Part shown: positions 27,946 to 41,596 of the stretch, piece after piece
How positions within the stretch are numbered: position 1 is the first letter of the stretch
Layout: every line of letters begins with the position of its first letter
DNA from: Eledone cirrhosa
Taxonomy: Eukaryota
Direction: 5' to 3'
Assembly (NCBI GenBank): GCA_964016885.1
Contig: OZ024746.1
Span: forward strand, 21,204,001-21,268,000
DNA length: 64,000 bases
Translations under genes and position numbers: made by a program
Notes under the pieces: generated by a model
Databases searched by the model: none
What the model saw: only the letters and a program-made list of their open reading frames with translations
What the model was told of the DNA's origin: nothing

Positions 27946-29907
27946 AGTGTGTTATAGTCTTTTAGCAGAATTGGAAAGTGTTTGTGACATCTTATTTACC
28001 GGATTGTGTATTCTGTTGTTTTTATTTTTTCCTTTCTCTTCTCCTGGTGTTGTATTACTGTGGCACTTATTATATATTCATATATTCTGTTGGAAAGTGA
28101 TTGTTAACTGATTGAAGATATATACTGAACTAGTTGAGTTACTAAAGTAACTCTTTTGATACGAACCTGCCTCTGGTTTGACGATAAAAAGTTATTTATT
28201 CTAAAGTGCTTATATGTATCTAAAAACCTCCAATCATAACATTATTTAAAACCCTTTGTTAAATTATGTTCCAAACACCATCTTAATAATGAAAAATATT
28301 AGAGATATTAATTACTAAATAATTCCACATTCTTGATTATTTTTAAAATGAAGTGAAAATTATATTTCATTAGAAACATTAGTAACCAATGGTTTAAAAC
28401 TTTCTAAGGAACAACGTTTAACGTACAGATATTGTTGTTGTTGCTGTTAATATTTAGCTCCAGGTCAGTCATTACTGAAAAAACCTATGATCAAAACCAT
28501 TCCAGCTGTGACCATACCATTTAATTTTCAAGAATAGTGCATCTAGGAGCCCTATTATCCTATATCATACATTTTAAAAATTGTAAGATATAATTTAAAA
28601 GAGATTTGACTGCTATTTTTAACAGGTGGAATGGTTACGATAAGGCTCCACTATTTGCTCATATCTAGTAGAAAGAAATGTGTGCTTTGTCTATAAAACT
28701 TGTACGAGCTGGTCCGATTTTCATATTTCTCAAACTATGTTGCAACATACTTACAGAACACTTATCATTGCTATTGGAACTGCTTTCTGTTGTTTTTTTA
28801 CACCCACAAGCCACATCTTGCATATTTCCATTATCAGTTCCTTAACTTTAAAAACATTTCGACTTTCTGGACGAAGTTTAGCTTGGACGCGATCGAGTTG
28901 TCGATGAGAAGGCAGAGATTTCATTAAGATATTTTTAGTCTTTCATTAAGATATTTTTCGAAGTAGTTTTGAATGAGAAAATTTCATGTCAACATAGTAG
29001 TATCGTATCATTGTCACACATCGGATTTAGTATACGCTTATACCAGGCACTATATCTAATTTTGTCCATTCATGATGACCTGCGCTCAAATCCCGCCAAT
29101 ATCTAGTTTCCTTTTATCCTTCCTGGGTGTCGGTAAAATAACTATTAAGTAGTGAAGGGGGAAGATATAATACATAACTCCCTCAATATTAAACTGATGG
29201 CTGTAATAAATATTTGTTTTCCTATACATGTACACTGGTAACTATAGCTATAGCAAAGACGAAAGTATAGAGAAAGAAAGGAAGAAAAAAAACAACAACA
29301 ACATTAAAGCTACACTTGTTAGATTTTCATTTCATTTATTCGTGTGGTTCGTAATAAATATCTAAACCACATTGGTTCGGACACGGCACGGGAGTCTTTC
29401 CATTGATGCATGATTTGCTAGGAATAGCGGACAAAACGTTCGCAGATCAGAGCAGATCTTGTCTTTAAAAAGGTATATACATTTTGACAATGTAATTGTC
29501 ACGTCTGGGGAAGACATCGGACACGGGTCTCAAATATCACCACCGACATGGGGCTAAACATCAAAATATCAACAACTGAAATATAAGTAAGGAAAACAAC
29601 CACAAGAACAAAGGAACGCCTGCAACTGCAATGCATACTGCAACAAAGATTTTATACAAACAACCCCACCCTTCAGCACCCCTCCTCTCTCTATCTCTCC
29701 ATGTTGGTTTAATGTGCATCTACACACAAAAAATAAAACAACTGCATAATAATAGACCTTATCATACAAGTTATAACAAATGAATATGGCCACGCCAACC
29801 ACTATTTCAATAACATAAAACAACCATAGCAACAGCACTAACAACAATACAATGTTATATAGAAAGCATAATGACTAAATATTCTAAAGTATATAAACAT
29901 GTATATT

Positions 29908-29949
<42 letters not shown>

Positions 29950-30049
29950 GACGCACATATACATACACATACACACATATGTGCGTGTATACACACATAT
30001 ATACATATGTGTGTGTGTGTGCGTATACACACACACACACACACACATA

Positions 30050-30090
<41 letters not shown>

Positions 30091-30307
30091 CACAACACAA
30101 TAATCGAGAAAATCGAGGACTAGGCACATGCCAGAAATCGAACAGCATATCTGAGAAATAGTACGTTACTGCAATGACAACAACGCTAAAAAGCCAATGA
30201 CTATTTCTTTGTCTCCAGGGGTACTTCACTCAATCTTGAAGTGATCGACAATTGTTTTGGTCGCACACATTTCAAATTTCCCCAATGCTTTTTAAATCAA
30301 GCGCTTT

Positions 30308-30309
<2 letters not shown>

Positions 30310-30366
<57 letters not shown>

Positions 30367-30413
30367 GAGAGAGAGATGTATATTTATTTATATATATGTG
30401 TGTGCATGCATTG

Positions 30414-30458
<45 letters not shown>

Positions 30459-30502
30459 GAGAGAGATGTATATTTATTTATATATATGTGTGTGCATGCA
30501 TT

Positions 30503-30540
<38 letters not shown>

Positions 30541-30558
30541 GAGAGAGAGAGAGATGTA

Positions 30559-30602
<44 letters not shown>

Positions 30603-30660
30603 GAGAGAGAGAGAGATGTATATTTATTTATATATATGTATGTATATATATATATATATA
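30310..30660. repeat. Compound repeat (TA)n-CCGAGAGAGAGATGTATATTTA, four units
   Basis: Directly visible. Confidence 0.9.
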
Positions 30661-31016
30661 ATGAATCGGCTTCGAGGATAAGTGTTCTAGTTATTCGATG
30701 TGCGCAACAACTTGAGATTTCCACAGACGCGTGTACCTCGAAATAACTATAAGGAAAATTGAGCCGGACACAGTGTAAAATAAGGCCAGCCCTTCGAATT
30801 ACACATAAAATCCACCCAAATGGGCTTTAAAACAGTTTTCGTCTAATTAGTTTCACTTACAATGCATGGATTAACCCGATGCTATAAAAATGGTTCATGT
30901 CCCAGATGACATGTAGGTGAGGGGGTCGAATGTCGAGTTCAAATGATTGTGAAATATGCTTCTTAAACATTCTTCAATGCTGCACCGACATATCTATGTA
31001 ATACATCCATATATGT

Positions 31017-31067
<51 letters not shown>

Positions 31068-31071
<4 letters not shown>

Positions 31072-31217
31072 GGAGGAAATGTGGTAAGGAACCAGGTGGA
31101 CCATAACGCACCAAAGTGCTCAATACTTAGGGTAGTAGAGTGGGTAATAGGAACGAGTAGGATCCCGAATTACCCGTCGAAACGGCTTGAGCTCAGCCGT
31201 CGGGGTCCTACTCGTTC

Positions 31218-31220
<3 letters not shown>
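31068..31220. mobile_element. Fold-back element, family A, copy 1
   Basis: ~80-nt tail then hairpin arms 31147-31168 and 31200-31221; (TA)n on both sides. Confidence 0.88.
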
Positions 31221-31250
<30 letters not shown>

Positions 31251-31518
31251 CACGCGTATATACATATGTATATATTTATGTATATATTTATATATATGTA
31301 TATGGATATTATTATATATATATATATATATATACGCGTATCTACATATGTATATATTTATATATATGTATATGGATATTATTATATATATATATACGCG
31401 TATCTACATATGTATATATTTATGTATATGGATATTATTATTATATATATATATATATATGCGTATCTACATATGTATATATTTATATATATGTATATGG
31501 ATATTATTACATATGTAT

Positions 31519-31551
<33 letters not shown>

Positions 31552-31553
<2 letters not shown>

Positions 31554-31712
31554 CAAAGGAATTGTGGTAAGGAACCAGATGGACCATAACGCACCAGAGT
31601 ACTCAATACTTAGGGTAGTAGAGTGGGAAGTAGGAAAAAGTATGACCCCGACGGCGTAGCTCAAGCCGTTTCGACGGCTTGAGCTCTGCCGTCGGGGTCA
31701 TACTTTTTCCTA
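31552..31712. mobile_element. Fold-back element, family A, copy 2
   Basis: Tail then near-perfect palindrome 31631-31712 with TTCG loop; (TA)n on both sides. Confidence 0.88.
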
Positions 31713-31829
31713 TATATATATATATTACTCTCAGGGCCTACCCTTATTGAGTGCTTTGCTACTCATTCCTAACTGTATGTCGACTTTGTTTGGCCGCAGC
31801 CAAAGCTTCGATTTTACTAAGCTTCCACT

Positions 31830-31874
<45 letters not shown>

Positions 31875-31898
31875 ATATATATCATTACATATGTATTG

Positions 31899-31941
<43 letters not shown>

Positions 31942-31948
<7 letters not shown>

Positions 31949-32134
31949 TGAGATTCTACAGGACTAGAACTGTTTCATTCATTAGAAATCATCAGGAATC
32001 GGATTCCTGATGATTTCTAATGAATGAAACAGTTCTAGTCCTGTAGAATCTCATCTATATTAAAACTGTTATACTCTGCTATGTATTGAGTACCTTACTT
32101 ACTGTGGTTACCTCCGATTCAACCCGGAATAACG
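31942..32134. mobile_element. Fold-back element: perfect palindrome of two back-to-back hammerheads plus a 74-nt tail
   Basis: 31942-32060 is palindromic about G32001; tail contains TATTGAGTAC; (TA)n on both sides. Confidence 0.88.
32002..32050 (+). ncRNA. Type I hammerhead ribozyme; identical copy at 31952-32000 on the minus strand
   Basis: GATTC-CTGATGA-T-TTC(TAAT)GAA-T-GAAA-CAG(TTCTAGTC)CTG-TA^-GAATC, GUA triplet. Confidence 0.8.
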
Positions 32135-32165
<31 letters not shown>

Positions 32166-32320
32166 ATATATATTATTACATATGTATTGTGTGTGTATAT
32201 ATATATATATATATATAAATATATTATTACATATGTATTGTGTGTGTATATATATATATATAAAAATATTATTACATATGTATTGTGTGTGTGTATATAT
32301 ATATATTATTACATATGTAT

Positions 32321-32353
<33 letters not shown>

Positions 32354-32377
32354 GGATATATATTATTACATATGTAT

Positions 32378-32432
<55 letters not shown>

Positions 32433-32505
32433 ATATATATTATTACATATGTATTGTGTGTGTATATATATATATATATATAGATATATATTATTACATA
32501 TGTAT

Positions 32506-32536
<31 letters not shown>

Positions 32537-32849
32537 TATTTTACACGATTCATAAATATATACGGATGTTCTTATGTCTCGTACGACTATGATCCTGGAA
32601 ATTCGCTCTTCAAGCCACTAGCTAGTCAAAGCATTTTGAGAAAGACAAGCAGTCATCTGTGCATTCAAACTTACCAGTGCCACCAATGTTGTCCATCTTG
32701 GAAGAAACGGTTTCTCCATTGAGTCTAACTTGTGTAGTCCCTTTTCTTCCCACATAATATATATGAAATATATATATATACTGATATTACTTATATGTGA
32801 GTCTGTCAGTGTGTGTTTGAAATGACGGGCTTAAAATTGAAGATTTGTG

Positions 32850-34002
32850 AGAGGCAAAACGATGGTGGCAGCTTGCGATACTTCTTATAAAGATGTTGTG
32901 TCGAGGATTTTATTTTAGATTTGTAGGTAGGCATACAATGAATATAAAAATGTTAGGTGAGAAGAAAACGAAAAAAATTAAATGTGGATATGACAAATGC
33001 ATGAGAAGTAAAATAATATGCTTGCTACATAGCAGAAATAGCTAAAATCCCCCAGTGTCGCTAACAGAGCAAGAAAGCGTGTTATATTTTGTGTCAAAAT
33101 AACCAAACATTCACTAATATCATTGATACAGCTTAGCACTGCTAAAGAGAGTGATAACATTTGTTATTGTTGACGAAAACCTTCACATTTATCCCAATTT
33201 TTGGAGGTGACCAAGATGTTGCTCCAATCACTACGTCTCTCCGTCTGACATTGGAGGCCTATGGCCATTAGCATGATCCAAAGAAGCCTGTGCCCACCTT
33301 CTCCTCAAAGAAGCCGCCGATAGGAGTGTCTACTTCTTTCTTTCTTAAAAGTTGGGAAGGAGATAGTTGCTTACATCTACTTATGAAAACCGCTATGAAT
33401 AACAGGCATAGAATTTGATAATTTACATATCAGTACATTTACTGGTGATAAGTATTAAATAGCTAAACTGCTAGGGCAGTGAGGAAGGGTGAATGAATTG
33501 TAAATCAACTTACAATGTGTACATTTAATAAACATACCATGGATCACTATTCATGTCATCTACCCCTAAATACTTCATGACCAACTAATTGGTATTAGGC
33601 ATCATAATGGTGTGTTATATTTCTCTCCTTGGGGATGGCTCTGGAGTTGATATTGCAAGCTACTAGCGTCTATTTGGAAGGAATACAAATTGAAAGACAC
33701 CGGATACTCTCACTACTGAATATGTTTATGGATTATATCACTACCATTGTGGTAACAAAGAGAGAAGCAGAATCTTTCCGAGCAGAGCTGAATGGATTTT
33801 TCCAGTAATATCGACTGCACACCAAAATCACAAAATGTCAGTGTCTCTCTATAATACGAGATCATGTGCAGTAAATCCGCTTTGAAATTAGAAGATAGCT
33901 AATTTCATCACTCAGGCAGACATGATTCTTGGACTTATCTACACAGTACTCTTAAATGATGTCAACAGGAGTATTGTGACTGAGGCCAAGTTGAGACAGG
34001 GT
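32850..34002 (+). mobile_element. HERO/NeSL-like RLE non-LTR retrotransposon relic, 5' part (RT)
   Basis: LGIIMVCYISLL..MALELILQA (GIxMGCxISP-like), MFMDYITT (FMDD-like), KCQCLSI, LGLIY..LND..LRQG. Confidence 0.7.
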
Positions 34003-34504
34003 TCGTTCCCTATGCGTGCTGATGCCCATTTTTCCCGTTCGGTGGGTTTATAGACCCCGTTAATATTAGACTATTTTATTTAGTCAAAAGTTTACAGCGA
34101 GATCTTCTAATTCAATTATTTGGGTTTAAATTGTATTGTTACGCAATAATTATCAAGAAAGTTGTATGTAATAAGTACTTAATTTATACTATGGAGAGCA
34201 ATATTTACATATATTTACAGTGAGGGGTGTGTTGTATTACAACGCCAGAGATATAGTAAACAACGTAAAGTAGTTCTGTATATATTACTACATCCTCCTT
34301 ACCAATGAAAGCGATATAGTCAAACAATGTTTTATTCATTCGAATGTTGTCTTCTTGGTCTGAGAAAAGTGTTAGTTATGAAGAACAGCAAGGCCAAACT
34401 TTCATTTGCCGAGGCCTTAAGCTTTATGAAATTTGATGTATTTGTTTTGTTTGTATGCTAGCTAGTTGCCAGAGTCCATTTTAGTATTGAACTTATAGAT
34501 ATAA

Positions 34505-34620
34505 CTATTATTTCTACTTTTGGCACAAGGCCAGCAATTATCCCAGTGCATTACTGGTACTTTATTTCATCGACCCCGTAAGGATGAAAGGCAAAGTTAA
34601 CCCCGGCGGGATTTGAACTT
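34505..34620 (-). mobile_element. 5'-truncated SINE inserted in the Gypsy integrase region
   Basis: Major-family consensus. Confidence 0.88.
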
Positions 34621-35780
34621 ATAGATATAACATTGCAAGATCAGCATCTGTTGCCGCTTGCTTTGCTTGGGTAATAATGTTTGACAGTTTTAGTCTGACT
34701 TTCTACAAAACCATTTAGGGGTGAAAACGTTATGTCAGTTTGTTCGACCTATACAATGTTTGCAATGCCCCTCGGTGCTAAAGCGTTCATTTCTAATCGG
34801 GATTAGTGGGCAGTATTTTGCTTAGTCATTCTATTGTTGCTCTAGGTTGTTCTGTTGTTGCTCTAGGTGTTCAAGTTACGACAGGGTGTCTTCCATCCAC
34901 TGATACAAATTTTTATTCAGAAGAAATAGTTTGTTGATCTTAGTATTTAATCCAGTACAGTATGTATCGTGTCTAGTCTGCAACGTTATGTAGTCTCTTT
35001 TTACAGAAGAGTAGTGTCACCAGCTTTAAATTATCTAATGCTTGTAGCCTTTCGATTACTGGCCCCTGTACATCAATAATGTTATCCCAGCTGAAGTTGT
35101 TGTGCTGACATGAAATGTCAACAGTACCTTAACATTTAATTTGTGTCGCATTATATGTCATCAGTCTCTTTCCACTTGATTGAATTTTCCTATTTGCAAA
35201 TACTTCAGCATTTACTTCTTCTTGTGCCTTGATTCAGTCGAAGGTTGTAGATGCCTGGTCGATTTGACAATGTGATTTTTATCTGCGCAAAAGCCGCTTT
35301 ACCTTAATGTGTGACACAGATGATGCATTGATGCTACTGATTGTCAAATTCTTCGATGTTCATTATTGTACATGACATTAATCTGTATTAGTTTTGCCTG
35401 ATAAAGTCGTAAAGAAGACTTCTGTAGTAGTAATGTCTCAGTGAGGTGGACCGTGCTAATTTTAGCCTTGGTTTCTGTTTGAATCTTGCAGCCCAATGAT
35501 TGAATTTACCACATTCAGTTCACATTAAGCCAAATGGGGGGGGGGGGAGCTTTGCGATGGTATGCATGTTTTCTTCCTAATTTGAGGTGATTTTTAAATT
35601 TATCTTGATGTGATGATATTTTGGTACTTTGTATGACTGTGTTGAGAATATCATTTACATTAGTCATAGCTGGTGTGCTTGGTGTTTTGTGTTTTATGAT
35701 GCATTCTTGTTTTAATTTTATGAATGAGCTCAATTTTGCTTGTAATGTACATGTATGTATGAATTCATTTAGTGATTCTA

Positions 35781-36966
35781 TTTTTTTTATATAAATGTAG
35801 AAACATATTTTATTTGGGTGAACATACAGAAAAAGAAAGCAGCATTGGAAAATACTATAAATGCTATAAATGGGAGGAACGGAGGGAGAGTAAGAACTAC
35901 TAGACAAAGGATGAAAGAAAGCAGAAAGGGTGACAGACTCTACACCTAGGTCAGAGTGATGTTTCGGCTAACCCCCCCCCCCCCCCCCACCGACAAAATG
36001 GTAAAAGCATTTCAGCAGACAATGGCCAGCGACACACGCTGCAAACGCCACCCCTTCTCGTGGGGCTCCTTCCTCATATGGGCTGTTATCGATCCGATTT
36101 TACGGAGGAGGTCATCAGTCCGAGGAAACCTGAGGTCTTGAAGGTGACCGGTGTAAAGAGGAAGCGGCCGGACAAGCTCCGGCATTTGCTTGTCTTCCTG
36201 TCCTCTGTATTTCAAGTCACGGTACCGGCGTTTGTCGGTGAGGTGACGAAGTTGGATGCGGAGAACGTGTCACAGCATGAAGGATTTACCTCCTTCGAAA
36301 GGGAAGAAGGTAATTCTTGCCGTCACCATGGTCGAGGCCTACTGACTCCAGCTGTAACAGTAAACCGACTGCGTCGGGGCTCTTTCTCATTATGTTATCG
36401 AGAGTGGCATGTCAGGCGAACCAGCCTGCGCTCTGGCAGCATGGTAATAGGTGCAGACCGAACTAATCAACGACAGCTCCACAAAGGCATTTATAAGGCT
36501 CACTTACGCGGAGGCCGAAGCGTTGGGCTACTCCGATGCGAGTACACTTGTCATCAAGAAGGATACCGTTTGATGAGGAGGGCACCGAATTGAGCCACGC
36601 ACCGCTGTTTGGCTGCGAGGCAGAACGGAGGCTGGTGAGGTGGGGTTGGTCCAAGGTAGACCTGCACTTTATTTCGTCCCAGTTACATTGGACATTATTA
36701 TAATTAGGGGACGGAGAGATCTTCGCTGGGCAGTCGGCCAGTGTCTGCTCCAGTTCTTGGGTCATATCAGGTTTTGCTATCTTGCTGAGGACCTCGCTGG
36801 TGAGGGTGCAATTGGAGTAAATTGAGGAGAGGCAGGCTGGCAGTGCCACATCTGATGCGGATCGAAGGCCGAGGCCACCGAACCTCACAGGGAGCTTCAC
36901 CTGTTGATAGCCGGTGCTGTCGAAACTGAAATTGCAGATGAGTTCTGAATAGCGCCGAATGGTGGC
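35781..36966 (-). mobile_element. 5'-truncated CRE-like non-LTR retrotransposon (restriction-like endonuclease) with poly(A) and TSD
   Basis: KLPVRFGGLGLRSA, SGAWLNSVP, CLCGAVVD, LESVGLDHGDGK, LQRVSLAIV; AATAAA and A8 tail; ATTCTA duplicated at 35775-35780 and 36967-36972. Confidence 0.88.
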
Positions 36967-37620
36967 ATTCTACCTTTTGTCTGTACATATAATTAGTTGA
37001 AGACGACTAACCCTAAAAGTTTCAATAGGTTCTATATTTAAATTGTTTTCGCTGATTGTCCTTCAGCGTCAGTTAATGTCCGGGAATTATAGCGTTTCAC
37101 ATCTTCGTTTCTTACATTTAATAAAATTTGACTCATTTGTTGATCCCCTTTTATTTAATTGGCAATAATATATAACCCCTTTTGCTGTTACAATAGTTAA
37201 AACACAACAGATATGTTGTTTCCTGATGCATCGTGGGACAAAGATTTGTGTTCATTATAGTTAATGCTTTGCACTCACGTTAACAATTCTGGGTTGGTAT
37301 ATTTTCGGTTTCCAAACGTGTGCTTGTGTTTGCACATTCAATTATAAATAAATGATTTTAGACTTTTTCTTTACATAGATAACTTTTCTTTTTTTTTTTT
37401 CACTTTTTTCTTTGACAACTGCTAGTTAGTTGCTTTTTTGTGTGTTGTAATTTTTTTATTTGAAATTTACGTATTTTCTTATCTTTTGAATCTTTTATGT
37501 AGTATCACGTAATGGTTGGTTTGAAAGCTGCCGTCTAGTCTAAAGTGTAGAGGAATATGTTATGTTACTACTCCAATGATATTAGATACAACGTAAAGTA
37601 GTTCCACTCGTAACACTACA

Positions 37621-38800
37621 CTCACTGCCATTGAATAGAGCGGTTTTGCAGAGAGTTAAAAGTGTATTGATATTAATATGGCCTTTCCCCCACGGTTTAT
37701 ATGACCACTCTGCTTGAAACACTGTTATCAGTCGTTGTGAGAATGGAAGCATGTATTTGCAAATTCCTATGAGAACGAATTAGTCTACCGACATTTTCAC
37801 TTAAATTGGACTGTATACTGCTGACATTGCAAACCTCCAATTGCCATTAACATCAGGTTAAGGGAGGTTAAAGTAGCAAATCCCCGCATGCACATGATGC
37901 TACAGAATCCCGTGGACAGCATCATTCGTGCAGTCCATCCAATAGGGATAACAGGATTGAAAGTGTAGCGTGAGAAATGTTGCCGAGGTAGCAGAGATCA
38001 TCGTGGACATGAAAGGGATGATACACGCACGCACTGCTGAATATGCAGACAGAATGGAATGGATACAAAACAAATGGATGTATCATCAGAATAAGAGTAA
38101 ATATAGGCGAGATATTTTGACGAATGAAATTGGTTGTATTTTAGGGGAGGACGTGCGACTAAAACAGGCTGGCTGGGAAGCCATCGCGTGTAGGCATAAT
38201 GAAAGACAGCTAAGCAAAGAAAATCATTGAAGAGCATAACGGGGTAAATGGGGTTAAGTGTATTGCCTCTGGTTACTGTGTGCGATGTGCTTCCCTGTTG
38301 CAATTAATATTACACCATGGTTCTTGAGAAATACTGCTAATTGTTATTTGTGCGGAAGCCAGGCAACGTTAGATCATATTCTGGCTGTTTGCAAGTCATC
38401 ACTTGTAGGGTATGCCTAGTGGAATAACCAACCAAGTTTTAAGAATCCTTTCTTGCGCACTGAAGCGACGATGCAGTAACGTTAATGAAATAGGAATTAA
38501 CATCCTGCTGCATCCATATGGAAAGCAGTTATGCATAAGCGAAAGAATGTCGACATCTATATTTCTAAAGGGTGATAATGACAAGGCGGTGTAAGTGGAT
38601 TTCAAATAAACGCTCGCATTTCCAAGTTAATAACAAAGAAAGAAACTATATTTATGCCAGGGTATGACTTCACAAAAGAAAAGTCCTGATAGTTCATTGT
38701 GAGACGGAAATATAGAATGGACATAGGAATGGAAGATAATACTAAAGTATGAGTATTTACAGATTCTTATGAATCACGAAGATGATGTATCCAATAGATT
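37621..38800 (+). mobile_element. HERO/NeSL-like relic, 3' part (RT thumb, CCHC knuckle)
   Basis: LTAIE*SG, GLYTADIANLQLPLTS, EVKVA..MHMML, VCDVLP, NCYLCGSQATLDHILAVC. Confidence 0.8.
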
Positions 38801-38833
38801 TGATGTGCCTGTATTTTCTTAGTTAGATCCAAG

Positions 38834-38900
<67 letters not shown>

Positions 38901-39034
38901 TGGTGTAATAAAGAAAAAAGTACTCGATGTCATGTGTATTCTATCAGTTTTGATATGGTATCGCATGAATAATGAAGTACGGAGGTAAATACATTGATAA
39001 TACAATATTTCATAACTTCTTTAATTAAGAAATA

Positions 39035-39114
39035 GCCATAATACGCATTTCTCTGGTGAAATAGTTACATCAAGAAACATTGAGGAAATCCATGACACAC
39101 CGTCATCAGATGAC
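39035..39114 (-). ncRNA. Degenerate type I hammerhead with long stem II, in a (TA)n-bounded island 38895-39400
   Basis: GTCAT-CTGATGA-CGGTG..CACCAGA-GAAA-TGCGTA-TT^-ATGGC. Confidence 0.55.
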
Positions 39115-39399
39115 AGGAGAACGGCTTGTCAGTAACACCATCAATCAACTTCAAACGATGGACTAGTAGATGTGGCGATAATGAACGCTCAAAAAATCCC
39201 ATATCTACACAGTAAGCTTAATGTGAATCATATAGTCATAAAGTGTCAAGACTTTGGAATAACAGCACCAAACGTAAATCTTTCTCCATATCTATGCATT
39301 ACAGTGCTTTACAAATGGATTACGAAGTTGGCCTTCTGAAATCAGTGTGTCCTGGATTGCGTTATGGTATCGTGACGTAAATATTTCATCGCTCTTTGT

Positions 39400-39445
39400 A
39401 TTATTAATATATATATATATATAGATTAATAATACAATATAAATA

Positions 39446-39514
<69 letters not shown>

Positions 39515-39534
39515 TTAATAATACAATATAAATA

Positions 39535-39583
<49 letters not shown>

Positions 39584-39599
39584 TAATACAATATAAATA

Positions 39600-39638
<39 letters not shown>

Positions 39639-39654
39639 TAATACAATATAAATA

Positions 39655-39701
<47 letters not shown>

Positions 39702-39762
39702 TAATACAATATAAATAATACATATATATATATATATATATATTAATAATACAATATAAATA

Positions 39763-39803
<41 letters not shown>

Positions 39804-39810
39804 TAATATA

Positions 39811-39857
<47 letters not shown>

Positions 39858-39914
39858 TAATACAATATAAATAATATATATATATATATATATATATATT
39901 AATAATACAATATA

Positions 39915-39975
<61 letters not shown>

Positions 39976-39987
39976 TAATACAATATA

Positions 39988-40022
<35 letters not shown>

Positions 40023-40077
40023 TAATACAATACAAATAATACATATATATATATATATATATTAATAATACAATACA

Positions 40078-40122
<45 letters not shown>

Positions 40123-40366
40123 TAATACAATACAAATAATATATATATATATATATTAATAATACAATACAAATAATATATATATATATATATATTAATA
40201 ATACAATACAAATAATATATATATATATATATTAATAATACAATACAAATAATATATATATATATATATATATTAATAATACAATACAAATAATATATAT
40301 ATATATATATATATTAATAATACAATACAAATAATATATATATATATATATTAATAATACAATACA

Positions 40367-40407
<41 letters not shown>

Positions 40408-40491
40408 TAATACAATACAAATAATATATATATATATATATATTAATAATACAATACAAATATATATATATATATATATTAATAATACAAT

Positions 40492-40528
<37 letters not shown>

Positions 40529-40544
40529 TAATACAATACAAATA

Positions 40545-40583
<39 letters not shown>

Positions 40584-41256
40584 AATAATACAATACAAAT
40601 AATACATATATATATATATATATATGTTAATAATACAATACAAATAATACATATATATATATATATATATGTTAATAATACAATACAAATAATACATATA
40701 TATATATATATATTAATAATACAATACAAATAATATATATATATATATATATATATATTAATAATACAATACAAATAATACATATATATATATATATATA
40801 TATATTAATAATACAATACAAATAATACATATATATATATATATATATGTTAATAATACAATACAAATAATACATATATATATATATATATATATTAATA
40901 ATACAATACAAATAATACATATATATATATATATATATTAATAATACAATACAAATAATACATATATATATATATATTAATAATACAATACAAATAATAC
41001 ATATATATATATATATTAATAATACAATACAAATAATATATATATATATATTAATAATACAATACAAATAATATATATATATATATATTAATAATACAAT
41101 ACAAATAATACATATATATATATATATATATATTAATAATACAATACAAATAATACATATATATATATATATATATATTAATAATACAATACAAATAATA
41201 CATATATATATATATTAATAATACAATACAAATAATACATATATATATATATATAT
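39400..41256. repeat. Compound minisatellite TAATAATACAATA(T/C)AAATAATAC + (AT)n of variable length
   Basis: T variant before ~40020, C variant after. Confidence 0.95.
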
Positions 41257-41561
41257 TGTTATACTTGGGGACCATGTTGCAGATGTGCAACGAAAGATTT
41301 ATGATAAACTATATATATGTGTTTGTGTCCATATTGTATCTGTATTATTTTTGACCGTCGGTCAGTCAATGGCAACATTGAGGACCGAGTAAGTTAGATT
41401 ACCGATATAAAAGACACAGAAGCGAAAACCAACCAAACAGTGAGTGTGTTCTGTTTTAATTCTGGCAATATTACACAAATATGACCCTCCCCAAGTATAA
41501 CAATATTTGTTTCGACACACGATTTCATATAAAAAACCTCGCAAAACTAATTCATCGCCGT

Positions 41562-41562
<1 letters not shown>
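41254..41562. mobile_element. Older family B fold-back copy in opposite orientation
   Basis: ATATTGTTATACTTGGGGA..TCCCCAAGTATAACAATAT inverted ends; 41505-41560 is homologous to the reverse complement of 20586-20641. Confidence 0.7.

Positions 41563-41596
<34 letters not shown>

Larger units (their letters stand above)
34003..37620 (-). mobile_element. Degenerate Gypsy LTR retrotransposon inserted in the HERO relic
   Basis: Related LTR-like ends starting TGTAGT (minus) at 37620 and 34292, with PPT AAGGAGGA before the latter; gag VKRYNSRTLTDAE..FRVSRLQL..YRQK..ESLNEFIHTCTLQA; knuckle GKFNHWA; protease LMTYNATQIKC*G; integrase NGFVESQTKTVK. Confidence 0.72.

Noticed and set aside
36060-36593. 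177-aa plus-strand ORF
   Set aside because: Antisense shadow of the GC-rich CRE-like element
39400-41256. Repeat-spacer array
   Set aside because: Spacers are only (AT)n of varying length
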